Source of the DNA: Isurus oxyrinchus
Lineage: Eukaryota
Reading direction: 5' to 3'
Assembly (NCBI GenBank): GCA_026770705.1
Contig: JANJGN010000021.1
Coordinates: forward strand, 77,004,001-77,068,000
Length of the DNA stretch: 64,000 nucleotides
A program made the translations under genes and the position numbers. Below the pieces are notes generated by a model that saw only the letters and a program-made list of their open reading frames with translations, ran no database searches and was not told the DNA's origin. Of this stretch, positions 13,131-25,593 are shown in pieces. The stretch's first letter is position 1, and each line of letters starts with the position of its first letter.

Positions 13131-13689
13131 AGGCTGACTAAAGTTGGACAGGACTGAAATTAATTGCTGGAAAGCAAATGTTAAAGTGACATTTGTTTCA
13201 GGGCAGTAAGTGTTGGAGTGACAGTTTCTTAGGACAGGATTAATTCCCAAGATTGTTCATTAACGTGACAGGAACATTAACCAACTAATCAACAGAGCCA
13301 AGATTTAAAATGACTAGTGACCTGGCTCTCACTCTGACCTCCTCCTGCTCAATCTGGTTTTTCAAATGTTTTTCTTTTCAGAAGTCAGTTGTTCATCAAT
13401 CTGCCATTCACACCTCCTCCAGACACAACTTTTGCTTCTTTATTGTTCCATTGCTCTTTCAGAGAGCTGACAAGGATATGAGGGACAGAATGGTCTCACT
13501 CTGTGCTGTAACCATTTTATGATTCTGTGTTTCCCACTCCCTGTGGCTATTTCACATACAGTATTTGTCTGATGCAGATTCAACAGGTATAAAAAAAGAT
13601 TGTTAAATTTTGAAATGATGACTCAGTTAAAATCTCACTTGGTCATTACTCAAACAAGAACCAGGTCCCCAAGCCAACTGGAATTAATA

Positions 13690-13945
13690 ACCCGTGTAAA
13701 CATCATCCGTGTGAAAACCCACCCATCTGAAACCCACTCCTCAGTTTGAATCTCACTGCGTGTGAAAGACCCCTTTTTGAAACACCAACCCTGTGTGAAC
13801 AGCCTCCATTGAGAAACTACCCCCTGTCTGAAATAACCGCCGTGTGAAACATCAGTGTGTGAAAGAACTACCCTATGTATAACTGCCGCTGTATAAAACC
13901 TACCCCTGCCCTGTGAAACTCACCCCCCACCATGTGAAACACACC
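13690..13945. repeat. Degenerate ~22-bp minisatellite
   Basis: Recurrent (cc)gtgtgaaa followed by a C-rich spacer, about 10 copies. Confidence 0.65.
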
Positions 13946-13964
13946 CCTAAAATCTTTATATTAG

Positions 13965-15625
13965 AGCATAAGAAGCAGAAGTAAGCCATTCAGCCCATCG
14001 AGTCTGCTCCGCCATTCAATGAGATCATGACTGATCTGATAATCCTCAACCCTACTTTCCTGCCTTTTCCCCATAACCCTTGATTCCCTTACTGTTTAAA
14101 AATTTATCAACCTCAGCCTTGAATATACTTAATGACTCAGCCTCTACAGCCCTCTGCGATAAAGAATCACACAGATTAACTACCCTCTGAGAGAAGAAAT
14201 TCCTCCTCATCTCTGCCTTAAATGGGTGACCCCTAACGCTGAGATGATGCCCTCTGGTCCTAGATTCTCCCACAAGGGGAAACAACTTCTCAGCATCTAC
14301 CCTGTCAAGCTCCCTAAGAAACTTATATGTTTCAATAAGGTCGCCTCTCATTCTTCTAAACTCTAATGAGTACAGACCCAACCTACTCAACATCTCATAA
14401 GAAAATCCCTCCCTACCCGGGATCAACCAAGTGAACCTTCTCTGGAATGCCTCCAATGCCAGTATATCTTTCCTTGGATAAGGGGACCAAAACTGTTCAC
14501 AGTATTCTAGGTGTGATCTAACTCATGCCTTCTAAACTGTTAGCAAGACTTCCCTATTTTTATAGTCCATTCCCTTTGAAATAAAGGCCAACATTCCATT
14601 TGCCTTACCTATTACCTGCTGAACTTGTATGTTAGCTTTTTGTGATTCATACACGAGGACACCCAAATCCCTCTGTGCTGCAGCTTTCTTCAGTTTTTCT
14701 CCATTTAAATAATATTCAGCTCCTCTATTCTTCCTGCCAAAGTCCATAACCTCACACTTATATTATATTCCAGCTGCCAAGTTTTTGCCCACTCACTTAA
14801 CCTGTCTCTATCCCTCTGTAGACACTTTGTGGCATCCTCACTGATTGCCTTCCCACCTATTTTTGTGTCATCCACAAACTTGGTGATAGTACATTCACTT
14901 CCCTCATCCAAGCCATTAATGTATATTGTAAATAATTGTGGCCACAGCACTGACCCCTGTGGCAATCCACTAGTTACAGGCTGCCATCCTGAAAATGCCC
15001 CCCTTATCTCAACTCTCTATTAGTTAGCCAATCCTCTATCCTTGCTAATATACTACCCCCAACACCATGGGCTGTTATGTTATTAAGTAGCCTTATGTGT
15101 GGTACCTTATCGAACACCTTTTGGAAATCCAAATATATAACATCTACTGGTTCCCTTTTATCTATCCTGCTTGTTACCTCCTCAAAGAATTCTAATAAAT
15201 TTATCAGGCATGATTTCCCCTTCATGAAGCCATACTGACACTGTTTGATTATATTATACATTTCTGAATGCTCTGCTATTACAGACTTTATAACAGACTC
15301 TAATATTTTCCTAATGACAGATGTTAAGCTAACTGGCCTATAGTTACTTGTTTTTTGTCTCCCTTTTTGAAAAAGGGTGTTACATTGGCAGTTTTCCGAT
15401 CCTCTGGGACTTTCCCAGAATCTATGAATTCTTGCGAGATTACTACCAGTGTATCCACTATTTCTGTAGCTACTTCCTTTAATATCCTAGGATGCAACCC
15501 ATCAGGCTCAGGGGACCTATTGGCCTTTAGCCCCGTTAATTTCCATGGTACTTTTTCTCTAGTGATAGCTATTGTATTTATTTCCTTATTCCTTTTTGCT
15601 CCTTCATTATTTAGTATTTTGGAAA
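13965..15625 (-). mobile_element. CR1 LINE, 5'-truncated (RT)
   Basis: QYGFMKGKSCLINLLEFFE, YLDFQKVFDKVPH, PQGSVL, FVDDTK. Confidence 0.92.
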
Positions 15626-15889
15626 CTCAATCTGAAACTCACATAGCGGAAACAACTGCTCATTGTCTACCTTGTCAAGCCCCTCAGAACCTTATGCGTT
15701 TCAGCAACATCACTTCTCATTTCTTCTAAACTCCAATGAGCATAGGCCCAACCTGCTCCACCTTGCTTCTTCTGACAGCCGGTTAATTGCAAGAATCAAC
15801 CTAGTGAATCTTCTTTGAATTGCCTGCATTGCAATTATATTCCTCCTTAAATAGATACCAAAACTGTACACAGAGAAACAAGGTTAACA

Positions 15890-16450
15890 TTGAAAGCGGC
15901 TGACCGTCCGTCAGCCTGCAAAGAAATATGACAGACGCTGACTAATGGCGTCAGCAGTTCCCACAATTCCCAGCGCCCCAGAAACCGCTCTATCATTTTC
16001 CCCAGGCGCTGGGAGTGCGCATGCTCCCCAGACGACCCTGATTCAGCCTCTGAAACCCGCAACAAAAACAGAATTACCTGGAAAAACTCAGCAGGTCTGG
16101 CAGCATCGGCGGAGAAGAAAAGAGTTGACGTTTCGACAGAACTTGAGTTCGAGTCCAAGAAAGACCCGCATTCGTTGTTGCTAAGGCTGCGCTCGGCCCC
16201 GCTCAGTTTCCTGAAGCCGCACCGAATGCGCATGTTCTGTGCTGTCAGGTGGCCAGCGAGGGTTGGGGGTGGCGATGGTGGGGGGGATGGGAGGTGAGGG
16301 AAAATGCCCTACCTACGCTTGTGCGGTGCGCCCGTTTGATGGAAATAGACCGTATTCACCCACGCCATGCTTTCTGGGTAGCATCATCCTCCATTATCCC
16401 ACCTTGAAATAATTTAGAAACCGGCCGTTCGGCCCTTAAAGCCAGAAGTC
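15890..16450. promoter_or_regulatory. CpG-rich promoter-like segment, interrupted by a PLE terminus at ~16062-16162
   Basis: High CpG; cacaattcccagc (ZNF143-like ~15962), tgcgcatg NRF1-like sites (~16016, ~16227); insert flanked by acccgca duplication. Confidence 0.6.
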
Positions 16451-17095
16451 ATTTCAGAAGCAATTGGCTGCTGCAATAGTGGATCATTTGTATGGGCGAA
16501 TAAAAAAAGGTTCAAAGCGTCTCTTCCTCAAACCCGTTTCTCTATCTCATGACCCTCTGCTGGCGGATGTACACTATTCAATAAGAGGGATGGCAGCATC
16601 TCACAGCATCAATCAATGACAAATGACAAGGAAGAAAAACACTCCGTTTTAAAAGTCATAACGTCGATCTGTTCAGAATCTGCTGCCACTCCAACAGATC
16701 AACTCTTCCCAAGTATTGTAGTACATGCTTGAATTGCCCTTGATAGAAAAGGCTGCATTGATATAGAGGCTTCCGTGCTTAACTGCTGTTTCTCCCTTCA
16801 CACAGATGTTTTCAGACCTGCTGAGTATCTGCAGAATTTTCTGCTTTCATTTCACTCCCAGAGTTTTGGGCGCTTTCCTTATCCTCACACCTCTGTGACT
16901 GTTCTTGTGTGTCTGTACTTTGCAAAGTGGAGAGTTGGATGCAATTTTGATAAACTTGTAGTTGCAGTGGATAAAATGTGAAAATTGAGAGAGTTGGTCG
17001 GGGAAGTTACTTAGTCATTGCACAGTTGAATGCGTTTGAAGGAAAACTTTCACATACAAGCACTTTGCTGCACATTAAATAATTTTAATCATAAG

Positions 17096-17181
17096 CAAGG
17101 GAGAGCACAAATGCAGTCCCCCAGTACCATAAATTTTGCAGTCGAGTATCCCACATTTGGAAACATCACAGGCATCAGTAT
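17096..17181 (-). pseudogene. RNU1: U1 snRNA 3' half (U1 nt ~80-164)
   Basis: Minus strand CCTGTGATGTTTCCAAATGTGGGATACTCGACTGCAAAATTTATGGTACTGGGGGACTGCATTTGTGCTCTCCCTTG matches vertebrate U1 SL3, Sm site (mutated) and SL4. Confidence 0.9.
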
Positions 17182-18476
17182 CTGCAAGAATATTACAAAA
17201 CATTTCAAAATGACCATCACAAAAAGTGAAATAATATTCATGTTTTCCACATAGATCATGCTTAAATACAATCAAGGAACATTACAATCATTTCATAATG
17301 GTCATAACAGACAGACAGTGCAGTGGTATTTAAGTTGTCTACATAGATCATGTTGCACTTTGAGGTTCTTCAATACAATTGTGATGCATATAGTATTCAC
17401 TGCATACATTCACTGTGAGTCATACAGCCTGAGGAGTCTATACAATTCCCAGCGCCTCGGTGTACTATGGCAGAAAGGTCTTAAACAGCGATCTTTCCCC
17501 ATTGCACCTTTGTGGCAGCTGTCCCTAGCTTTAGTGCATCCCTCAGCACCTAGTCCTGAACCTTGGAATGTGCCAGTCAGGGACAACTCTTTGCACTGGA
17601 AGACCAACAAGTTTTAGGCAGACCAAAGAGCGTCTTTCACCGAGTTGATGATCCTCCAGCTGCAGTTGATATTTGTCTCAGTGTGTGTCCCTGGGAACAG
17701 CCTGTAGAGCACACAGTCACAGAACTGCTCGGGATGAACCTCGACAAAAACCACTGCATCTCTCTGCAGACCTTCTTTGCAAAGGCACATTCCATAAGGA
17801 CCTAAACAACGGTCTCTTCCACACCACAGCCACCTCGAGGGCAATGTACACAGTGGGTGAGACTCCTGGTGTGTAGGAAGGATCTGACAGGGAGGGCTTT
17901 TTTCACCACCAGCCAAGCTACATCTTGGCGCTTGTTGAAAAGTTCTGGTAATGAGGAATTCTGCCAAATGACTTTGACAGTCTGCTCAGGGAACCATCTG
18001 ACAGGATCCACCATCTCCTTTTCCCTCAGGGCCTCTAGGTCGTTACATGCCGACCACTGCCTGATGGACTTGTGGTCAAAGGTGTTTCTCTGCATAAATT
18101 TTCCCACGAGGGACAGGTGGTACGGCACGGTCCAACTACTTGGAGCATTCCACGGCAGCGTGGCCAGACCCATCCTTCGCAACATCAGGGACAAATAGAA
18201 CCTTGGCACATAGTGAAACTAGGTGTTTGCATACTGAGGGTCTACGCACTGCTTGATGCAGCCGCACACAAAGGTGGCCATCAAGATGAGGGTGATAAAG
18301 GCAAAATGCTGTGGATGCTGGAAATCTGAAATAAAAACAAAAAATGCTGGAAAAACTCAGCAGGTCTGACACCACCTATGCAGGGAAAGACAGAGTTAAC
18401 ACCTTGAGTCCATATGACTTTGTCAAAGCCTTCTTCTTGAGGGCGATGTTGGGCACATTTTCCCCCCTTTATCTCG
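17182..18476 (-). mobile_element. Tx1-clade non-LTR retrotransposon, 5'-truncated (ORF2 C-terminus and 3' UTR), inserted in U1
   Basis: GGK.VPNIALILMATFVCGCIK, WLVVKKALPVRSFL, CPRGGCGVEETV (zf-RVT), VFQCKELS; interrupted by a PLE terminus ~18295-18437. Confidence 0.85.
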
Positions 18477-18565
18477 AGGCGATCACCACCACACAGGAGC
18501 AAGGAACGGGCCTCATTCTTGCAGAAGCAACCATGATCATGGACTCTCCACTGCCAGGTAAAAAT
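18477..18565 (-). pseudogene. RNU1: U1 snRNA 5' half (U1 nt 1-~90)
   Basis: Minus strand ATTTTTACCTGGCAGTGGAGAGTCCATGATCATGGTTGCTTCTGCAAGAATGAGGCCCGTTCCTTGC vs U1 ATACTTACCTGGCAGGGGAGATACCATGATCACGAAGGTGGTTTTCCCAGGGCGAGGCTTATCCATTGC. Confidence 0.8.
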
Positions 18566-18671
18566 TGATAAGAACAGAAACTACACTTGAACTTAACCAA
18601 AAGACCATGAGGCTTTTGCAGATAGTTTCACATACATGCATCTTCTGTGCACGTTCAATAATTTTAATCAG

Positions 18672-18723
18672 TCTGGAAAACACAACTCTCCGCATCATTG
18701 TTTGCCTCCTACCAGGTAAGTAT
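18672..18723 (-). pseudogene. RNU1: Second, truncated and diverged U1 snRNA copy (5' ~50 nt)
   Basis: ATACTTACCTGGTAGGAGGCAAACAATGATGCGGAGAGTTGTGTTTTCCAG, then the same 3' flank (tgattaaaattatt...gtatgtgaaa) as follows 17096. Confidence 0.65.
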
Positions 18724-18939
18724 ATTTTATTAGGTTCACATGCTGCCAGCCCTCATCGAGCACTGCCTCTCACAGTCACACACGCTCAGTTTCAAATCAT
18801 AACCACATCCCATTCAGAAGCTGTTGCCACTCCTAAAGGCCAATTCTGCACGACGATTGCAGTTGTATGCTTGACTGTTCCTTTAGAGAAAAGGCTGCAC
18901 TGATAGAGAGCCTTCCAACCTTATTTGCTGTATTTGTTA

Positions 18940-19535
18940 ACTGTATTCCTCTCTGCAGATGCTGTCAGACCTGTTGAGTTTTTCCAGCCATTTTTGTTTT
19001 TGTTTCAGATTTCCAGCATCCGCAGTATTTTGCTTTTATCTTATTTGCAGATTGCCCTTAAAAGGAAATGAACCACCCTTAAAAGGCAATAACTGCTGCC
19101 TGCAATACGAAGATAAAAGCAAAAAACTACGGATGCTGGAAATCCAAAACAAAAACAAAAATACCTGGAAAAGCTCAGCAGGTCTGACAGCATCTGCGGA
19201 GAGGAACACAGTTAACGTTTCGAGTCCGTATGACTTTCGAGTCCGTATGACTTTTCAACAGTTCTGTTGAAAAGTCATAGAAAAGTCATGCGGACTCGAA
19301 ACGTTAACTGTGTTCCTCTCCGCAGATGCTGTCAGACCTGCTGAGCTTTTCCAGGTATTTTGTTTTTGTCATGCAGTACCAATATTGTCTATTAGGTGTC
19401 GCTGCTCCCTCACCTCTCAGGTTGAGTTCTGTCGAAGGGTCATGAGGCCTCGAAACGTCAACTCTTTTCTTCTCTGCCGATGCTGCCAGACCTGTTGAGT
19501 TTTTCCAGGTAATTCTGTTTTTGTTTTTTTTTGAC
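18940..19535. mobile_element. Cluster of PLE pseudo-LTR termini in both orientations
   Basis: Four copies of the gatgctg..agacctgctgag..tttccagg module; 19150-19370 forms an inverted pair; hammerhead-like motif 19424-19464. Confidence 0.8.
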
Positions 19536-19665
19536 TCCTCACTCTCCTGACAAGGCAAAGAACCAGAAAAATCTCAATCTGTTTTTTCATTGTTTTTAAT
19601 ATAGAGACAGAACAGTTGATACAGCAACACTGCTTAAAGCACATGGACAAAGAACTTGAAAAATC

Positions 19666-20561
19666 TGTCATGAAAATATAATAATGTTAATATTATTGTG
19701 ATATTATTGTGATATTGTAAAGGTAGGTTAATCGTGGGGTTTTGATTAGTTTCTCTGTGTGGATGTGTGTGCGGGGGTTTTAATTGAATTGCAGAAAGCT
19801 ATCTGGAGCTTTTGACCTATCAAAAGAGAAGCTAGGTTTGAAATATAAATACATAAACATGGTTGAAATTTTAGGATGTGAGGTGTGAAGAACTTTTGCA
19901 TTTTTAGATAAACCAGAGTAGTTTGAATTTCAAAGAGATGATGGGGATGTTACAACTAGCCATAAACAAGGTGCTTATTTTCCCAAAGATTACTGATAAT
20001 ATGAGTACTATGGAAGATTTATTTTATTGGAAAAGTAAAGTTGCAAAGACATATTAGAACAATGGAACTTACATTAAAAAGGGAAAAACCTGTATAAAGG
20101 AGATGAGGCTTTCCATAAGGAGGAAGGCATTCTAAGATCTGACAAGTGTGAAGACCCTCCAGCCTGTATGTTTCTGTCTACAGGAACCGAAGCTGACAAA
20201 AATCACTGCAAATATCACTGTACAGGTGTTGTGTGTTGCTTTGCCTGGATCTGTTGCAATCTATTTTGTTTTACTGTTGCCTTATGGAGGTGTAACTGGG
20301 AGTCAGATTAATTAGGGGAGTTAGGAGTTATTATAGTAGTAATTTGTGGACCTGTGTGTGTGTGTGCTTAAAATCTTTTCCACTATTAATGTTTAATCTA
20401 CTTTTGTACAAAACCCCTAAGACTTCGTGGACTTGTTAATACTGGATTCAAGCATGCATTTTAAAATAAAAATACAAATTGTGAAACAGTTGTGGCAGCT
20501 GTTTTAAATTTCCGTCTGGGGATTTGAGCATCTCAGCGTTTACCATTCACCATGCCATAAC
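19666..20561 (+). mobile_element. Probable solo LTR
   Basis: tgtcatga...gccataaca TG..CA ends, aataaa near 20465, no ORF; TSD not seen. Confidence 0.4.
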
Positions 20562-23500
20562 ATTTTAATCTGTTTTTGCATTTTTTTAAAATTTAGAGAT
20601 AGAACAGTTAATGCAGCAACCCTGCTTAAACCACATGGACAGGCAGAATTGGTTTGAACCGTATGCTTGTAAAAACCTAATCTCTTGTTCACATTGTCAG
20701 GGATAGACGTTGGGGAAGGATTTGAAACTTTAGATAATGGAACAAGATTAACACTTTCAACTCAGGCTGTATTCCCTGGGGTTTAGAGCATTGACTGGTG
20801 ATTTGATTGAAGCTTTCAGGATACTAGCAGCAATAGATGGTGTCTCCTATCGACATGTAGGAGCAGAATGAAAGAGTGCTGTTGTTCTTGGTGTGGAATC
20901 AGTAAATAAAAGCTGAGAAATGAAGAAAGACTTGACTTCAGTGATCTGTCATTCACCGCCCGGCCATCTGAGCTTTGACAGCCTGGCTGATAGATACAAG
21001 ATGGGATGACTTGTCACAGAGTCGTCATGTTCTGGTAGAAACGTTGGCAATATGAGGTGAGAGTGGGGTCACTCCAGCCTCTTCAATGAAAATGTGACCA
21101 TTTCCTGAGAGAACATTGTCAGTTCCAGGGAGTTCGAGGTTCGGTTCCATTGGAAGGTGACTCTCCTGGAGCCTCAGGGAGTAGGGGAGGAATTGCCTAG
21201 AGTTTTCCTGCAATGGTCACATTCCAAGAGACAGCATTCCTAGGTGGTGGGACAGCAGCGTGAGTTGATGCTGTCTGCCGGATGAGACAAGCTTGATGGA
21301 TCTGAAAGAAATGTATAAAATGATGGGTAAGTGAAGAGTATGTGCAGACTGTGCATTGTATCTGAGCCCTGCCTGGCGTGTGGTTCAGAGATTTCACCCA
21401 GTCAATAGCTGAGCCCAGTGACAATCCCCAGACTGTAATTCCTCCATTAGAGAATTCAGCTCTTCCTCCATCTGTTCCTCACTAGGATTCGTGTACAAAT
21501 CGGACGACTCGCACAGTTTGTTAATTTTCCTTCCATGTTTAATTCCCGATTTTAAACTTCTCACATTTAAGTCACTGAAATAAAACATAAGAATATATGA
21601 AAAATTACAGACAGGAAAAGATGCTCTGGTCCGTCCAGCCTGTCCCGCATAAATGCAGCAAAATATATCAACTTCTCCAGCCCAACCAAGACTGTTACCT
21701 CCTGGGAGAGACCAGAAAACAGATTCAAAACCAAGGTTCATTTCAGAGAAAACTTTCTGGGAAATTTGTAAGCTGTCCAAGGTTTTATATTTTATTTTAG
21801 TCGGCTTTTGTGTGCTTGCTTAATTTGGCCATTTTATACTCACATCAGGTGACCAGAAAAAGAAGCAATGTTATTGCTGTTAACTATTTACAACAAACTA
21901 ACCCAAAACAGTGTTACAAAGCAGTCACTGACTAGTGTAAGTTTTAGGTCCTATTCAACCTTAAATTCCATTTTGTTCATTTGATACTTAACCATACAGG
22001 CAACAGGAGACAATCTGGTGAAATAATGCAGGAAACTTTACTTCAGTTATAAATTAATATGCAACAAAGCAGGGCAGCAACATGACAGGCGTACTCCTAT
22101 TCTCGCTTCCTGATTCGGCTTAGGGCAACACTTGGTTTCTGTTCTCTCCCAGTCTTCTGCTTCCCTGCGGACAGCAGGTTCTACAAACTTCAGTTTCAAA
22201 CTTGGTGCGTGCCCTGGTCAGAGAAAGCTGCTGCTTATTAACTCTTTCCAAGCCACAAAAACCATGATCAATGATGTCATTGCATTCTGATTGGTCTATA
22301 TGAGGAGAGGCTATTTCCTAATTGGCTTAAGGGGTGCATGGTCAATCTGTGATTGGCCCCAAGGGTGATGGTTATCAACTGATGTCACTTCCCATTATCC
22401 CCTGACTGGTTCCTTAAAATGCCAATTACTTATAGGGCCATCCTCCTCATTAAAATTTGTTTCTGTTATTTTAATAATATCTTGCCAAGATAAAAGAATG
22501 TTTTATGATATCTTCCTTGCCCATTTGTTCAGGATAAGGGGAAGTATGCTGTTATGCCCTCATGAATGATACCTTGAGCTCATTGTCTCAGACTTTGCTT
22601 AATTGGTGCAGGTTCCTCATTAAATCAGAACCTTTCTCAATGACTGTTTTAGAGGCCATTTGCAAGGTGATGTATTTCTCTCTGTGGTTGCTGGTAATTG
22701 GAATTAGTTATTTTACTTTAAAACAAAGGATACGATAGAAAAGTAGCTTATAACCTTAAAACTGTGTAAACCTAATACAGAAGATTACATAATACTAATA
22801 CAAAAGCTTACAAAGTAGGTAGTATTTAAAAGTTATACAGTTTGTATAAAATACAAGTGCATAGCAATAATTAGTGTCTAAAATGTGAAGTAGTAAAGTC
22901 TGCTTATACATTCAGTTAATACATAGTCTTGAGTGATAAAAGTCAAAGGATTATGCATAGCAAGACTAATCTTACACTGTTACAAGTTAACTCTATTACA
23001 AAGAATACATTGAGGCAAATGTAATTGCTTTCTTCTAAAACACTACAAACTAAAACTAATTTAATGTAGAACACAGGTGTTGTTATTCTTTCCTTGTCTC
23101 CACACAATAAATCCGTTCTAACTTTCCTTTGTTGATAACATCAGGTTTTGATAAGGATTGAATGATGTGACAGGATGTAAACTCACCTGATCAACCTAGA
23201 AGGCTGCATGTTCTCGCAATGTGGCTCTGTGATAGAGATAAGTACAAAAGGGGCCTCTGCAGCAGTTGTCTTGTAATTAATTTATTAGTGTGTTACATTT
23301 CTTCTGTCTAAAATCCTGTGATGCACTCTCTGTTAAGTGAAGCTTAGCAGAGTCATATGATATTAAGATATTAAAGTCCTCCATTGGTTAGAGTTTAAAC
23401 AGAGTAATATATTAGATTAACTGATTAATATACTTTGTCTGTAAGCTAAACCAAAACTAATCATTAAACATCAATTTACCTACATTAGCATAAGATGATT

Positions 23501-24236
23501 TCATTAGAATGAAGTGACTCAATTACTTGGGTAATTGAACAATAAGTAATTAATAATCGGTAGTTAATTAGAAGTCGCTTTATGTAATTTCTATATTTCT
23601 CCATTAGCATTTCTTATGAGAGAATTAAAGTGCTGTAACAGCTGGGAGAGAAAAGGCATAAGTCTTGGACTCCCTCTCTAGCAGGAACACACACTATCTT
23701 TGACTGTTGAGTCTGTTTTAATGAATGGGACTCATGTAAAAACATCAAGAGACATAGCTTAAAGGAAGGCTTTGTTTAAGTTTAAGTGCATAATTAGCCA
23801 GAACTAATGGAGTTAACCCTTATCAGATTATTGACAAATTATAAACCAATTAGCCATTTCGAACAATTTGGCTAAAGTGAGATTATAACATTTCTTGAAT
23901 ATAATAAAGGGATTGTAGAAACCATCTTTATGTAAATCAAGTGTGGAAGAATTGGTTTAGATCTTCAGAGGTAGGTGAGCGTCCTCCTGTCAGCGTGAAG
24001 GCTGTTTCCAACAAACCTCAGGGACAGGTGAGTATTGAGTGTGGTTATTCCTGGGACTGGTTCACTGATGGATTACCTGTCAGTAGAAATCCCAGTAAGG
24101 TGTAATGCTTCTCAGAGGCAGTGACAGTTTCTGTGTTGGTGTGAGAAGCTGAAGCTGTTGTCCACTTCTCTTGGATTGATCACCCATTTGAAAATGTGGA
24201 GTTGGTAGAATTTCATTGATAAGTAAACTTTATCAT

Positions 24237-24560
24237 TCAATAAGATCATGTCTGATCTGATTGTAATCTCAACTCCACATTCCCGCCTACCCTAGAGAGC
24301 CTTTCACCCCCTTGTTAATCAAGAATCTATCTACCTCTCCCTCAAAAACATTTAAAGGCTCTACTTCTACCACCTTTTGAGGAAGAGAATTCCAGAGACT
24401 CACAACCCTCTGAGAGAAAAAAATTTCCTCATCTCAGTCTCAAATGGGTGACCCCTTATTTTTAAACAGTGACCCTTAATTCTAGATTCTCCCACAAGAA
24501 GAAACATCCTTTCCACATCCACCCTGTCAAGCCCCCTTAGGATCTTCTATGTTTCAATCT
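24237..24560 (-). mobile_element. CR1 LINE 3' end
   Basis: Homologous to ~14020-14340. Confidence 0.8.
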
Positions 24561-24599
24561 CAGTCCCTCAGCACTGGCGTTGTTGTCACTCATTGATTG

Positions 24600-25593
24600 A
24601 TGTGAGTGAAAGCTGCTCCTTATTCTGTGAGCATCCTTTGCTTGTGTAGAAACTCAGAGTCTGATGACAGATTGGCTAAAGCTTGGTGAGGGAGACCCTG
24701 TGTGGGTTCACTGATATTCCAGGAGGACCAACAACTGTGTGAAGTCTTTAATACAGAACTCACACTTATAGGGTCTCTCCCCGGTGTGAGTGCATTGATG
24801 TGCCAGGAGATACACTGACTGTGTGAAAATCTTGTCACAAACATCACACCTGAATGGTTTCTCCTCGTGTGAATCCTCTGGTGCTCCAGGAGGGTCAAAG
24901 AAAGCTTCATCACAAACCTCACACTTGAAGGGTTTCTCTCTTGTATGGATCCTCTGATGGGGAGGAGGTTTGATGACTGTGACAATGATTTGTTGCACAC
25001 CTTGCACGTGAATGGTTTCTCCCCGATGTAAATGTGTTGGTGTCTCAGCAGCCTCGTAGATATTGGAAAAACTTTTTCACAAACCTCACACTTGAAGAGA
25101 GTTTCTCCCCTGTGTGAATCCTCTGGTGTATCAGGAATCTCATAGATGTTGGAAAAGCTTTATTGCAAATCCCACAATCCTCTGATGGAGCAGGAATCTC
25201 AACGAGTCAGAGAATGATTTGTCACAGACCTTACACTTGAATAGGAATGAGTCACTGGTTCATGAGGCTTGATGAATGATTGAAGCTCTCTCCAAACTTG
25301 GAGCCACTCACACTTCTTCCCAGCCTCACCCTGACCAATCGCCCACAGATGAACCTTTGGAAAGGTTGGTTCTGATGGAAGGTTCCACACCACTGACCAG
25401 TTTCAGATCTGATGATATGTCAAAGCTCCCCTGACCCAACCGATTTCCAGATGATGGTTTCACTGCCCAACCTTTGTGTTGAGCAATGCTGTGAAGGGAC
25501 TGGATGTCTTCCCACAGTTGTGCAGTTAGTCCTTGGGTGATGGTCAAGATCTATCTCCGGTGTATTTATCTGGTGTAGTATGGTGCAATCCTT
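24600..25593 (-). pseudogene. C2H2 zinc-finger pseudogene (terminal exon)
   Basis: Frameshifted fingers (HTREKPFKCEVC, HTGERPYKCEFC); acceptor ttttcctgttttacag at ~25594 and leader homologous to 38258-38735. Confidence 0.85.

Noticed and set aside
16500-16572. Pol III small RNA ending in a T run on the minus strand
   Set aside because: No match to U6, 7SK, Y or vault RNA that I can recognise
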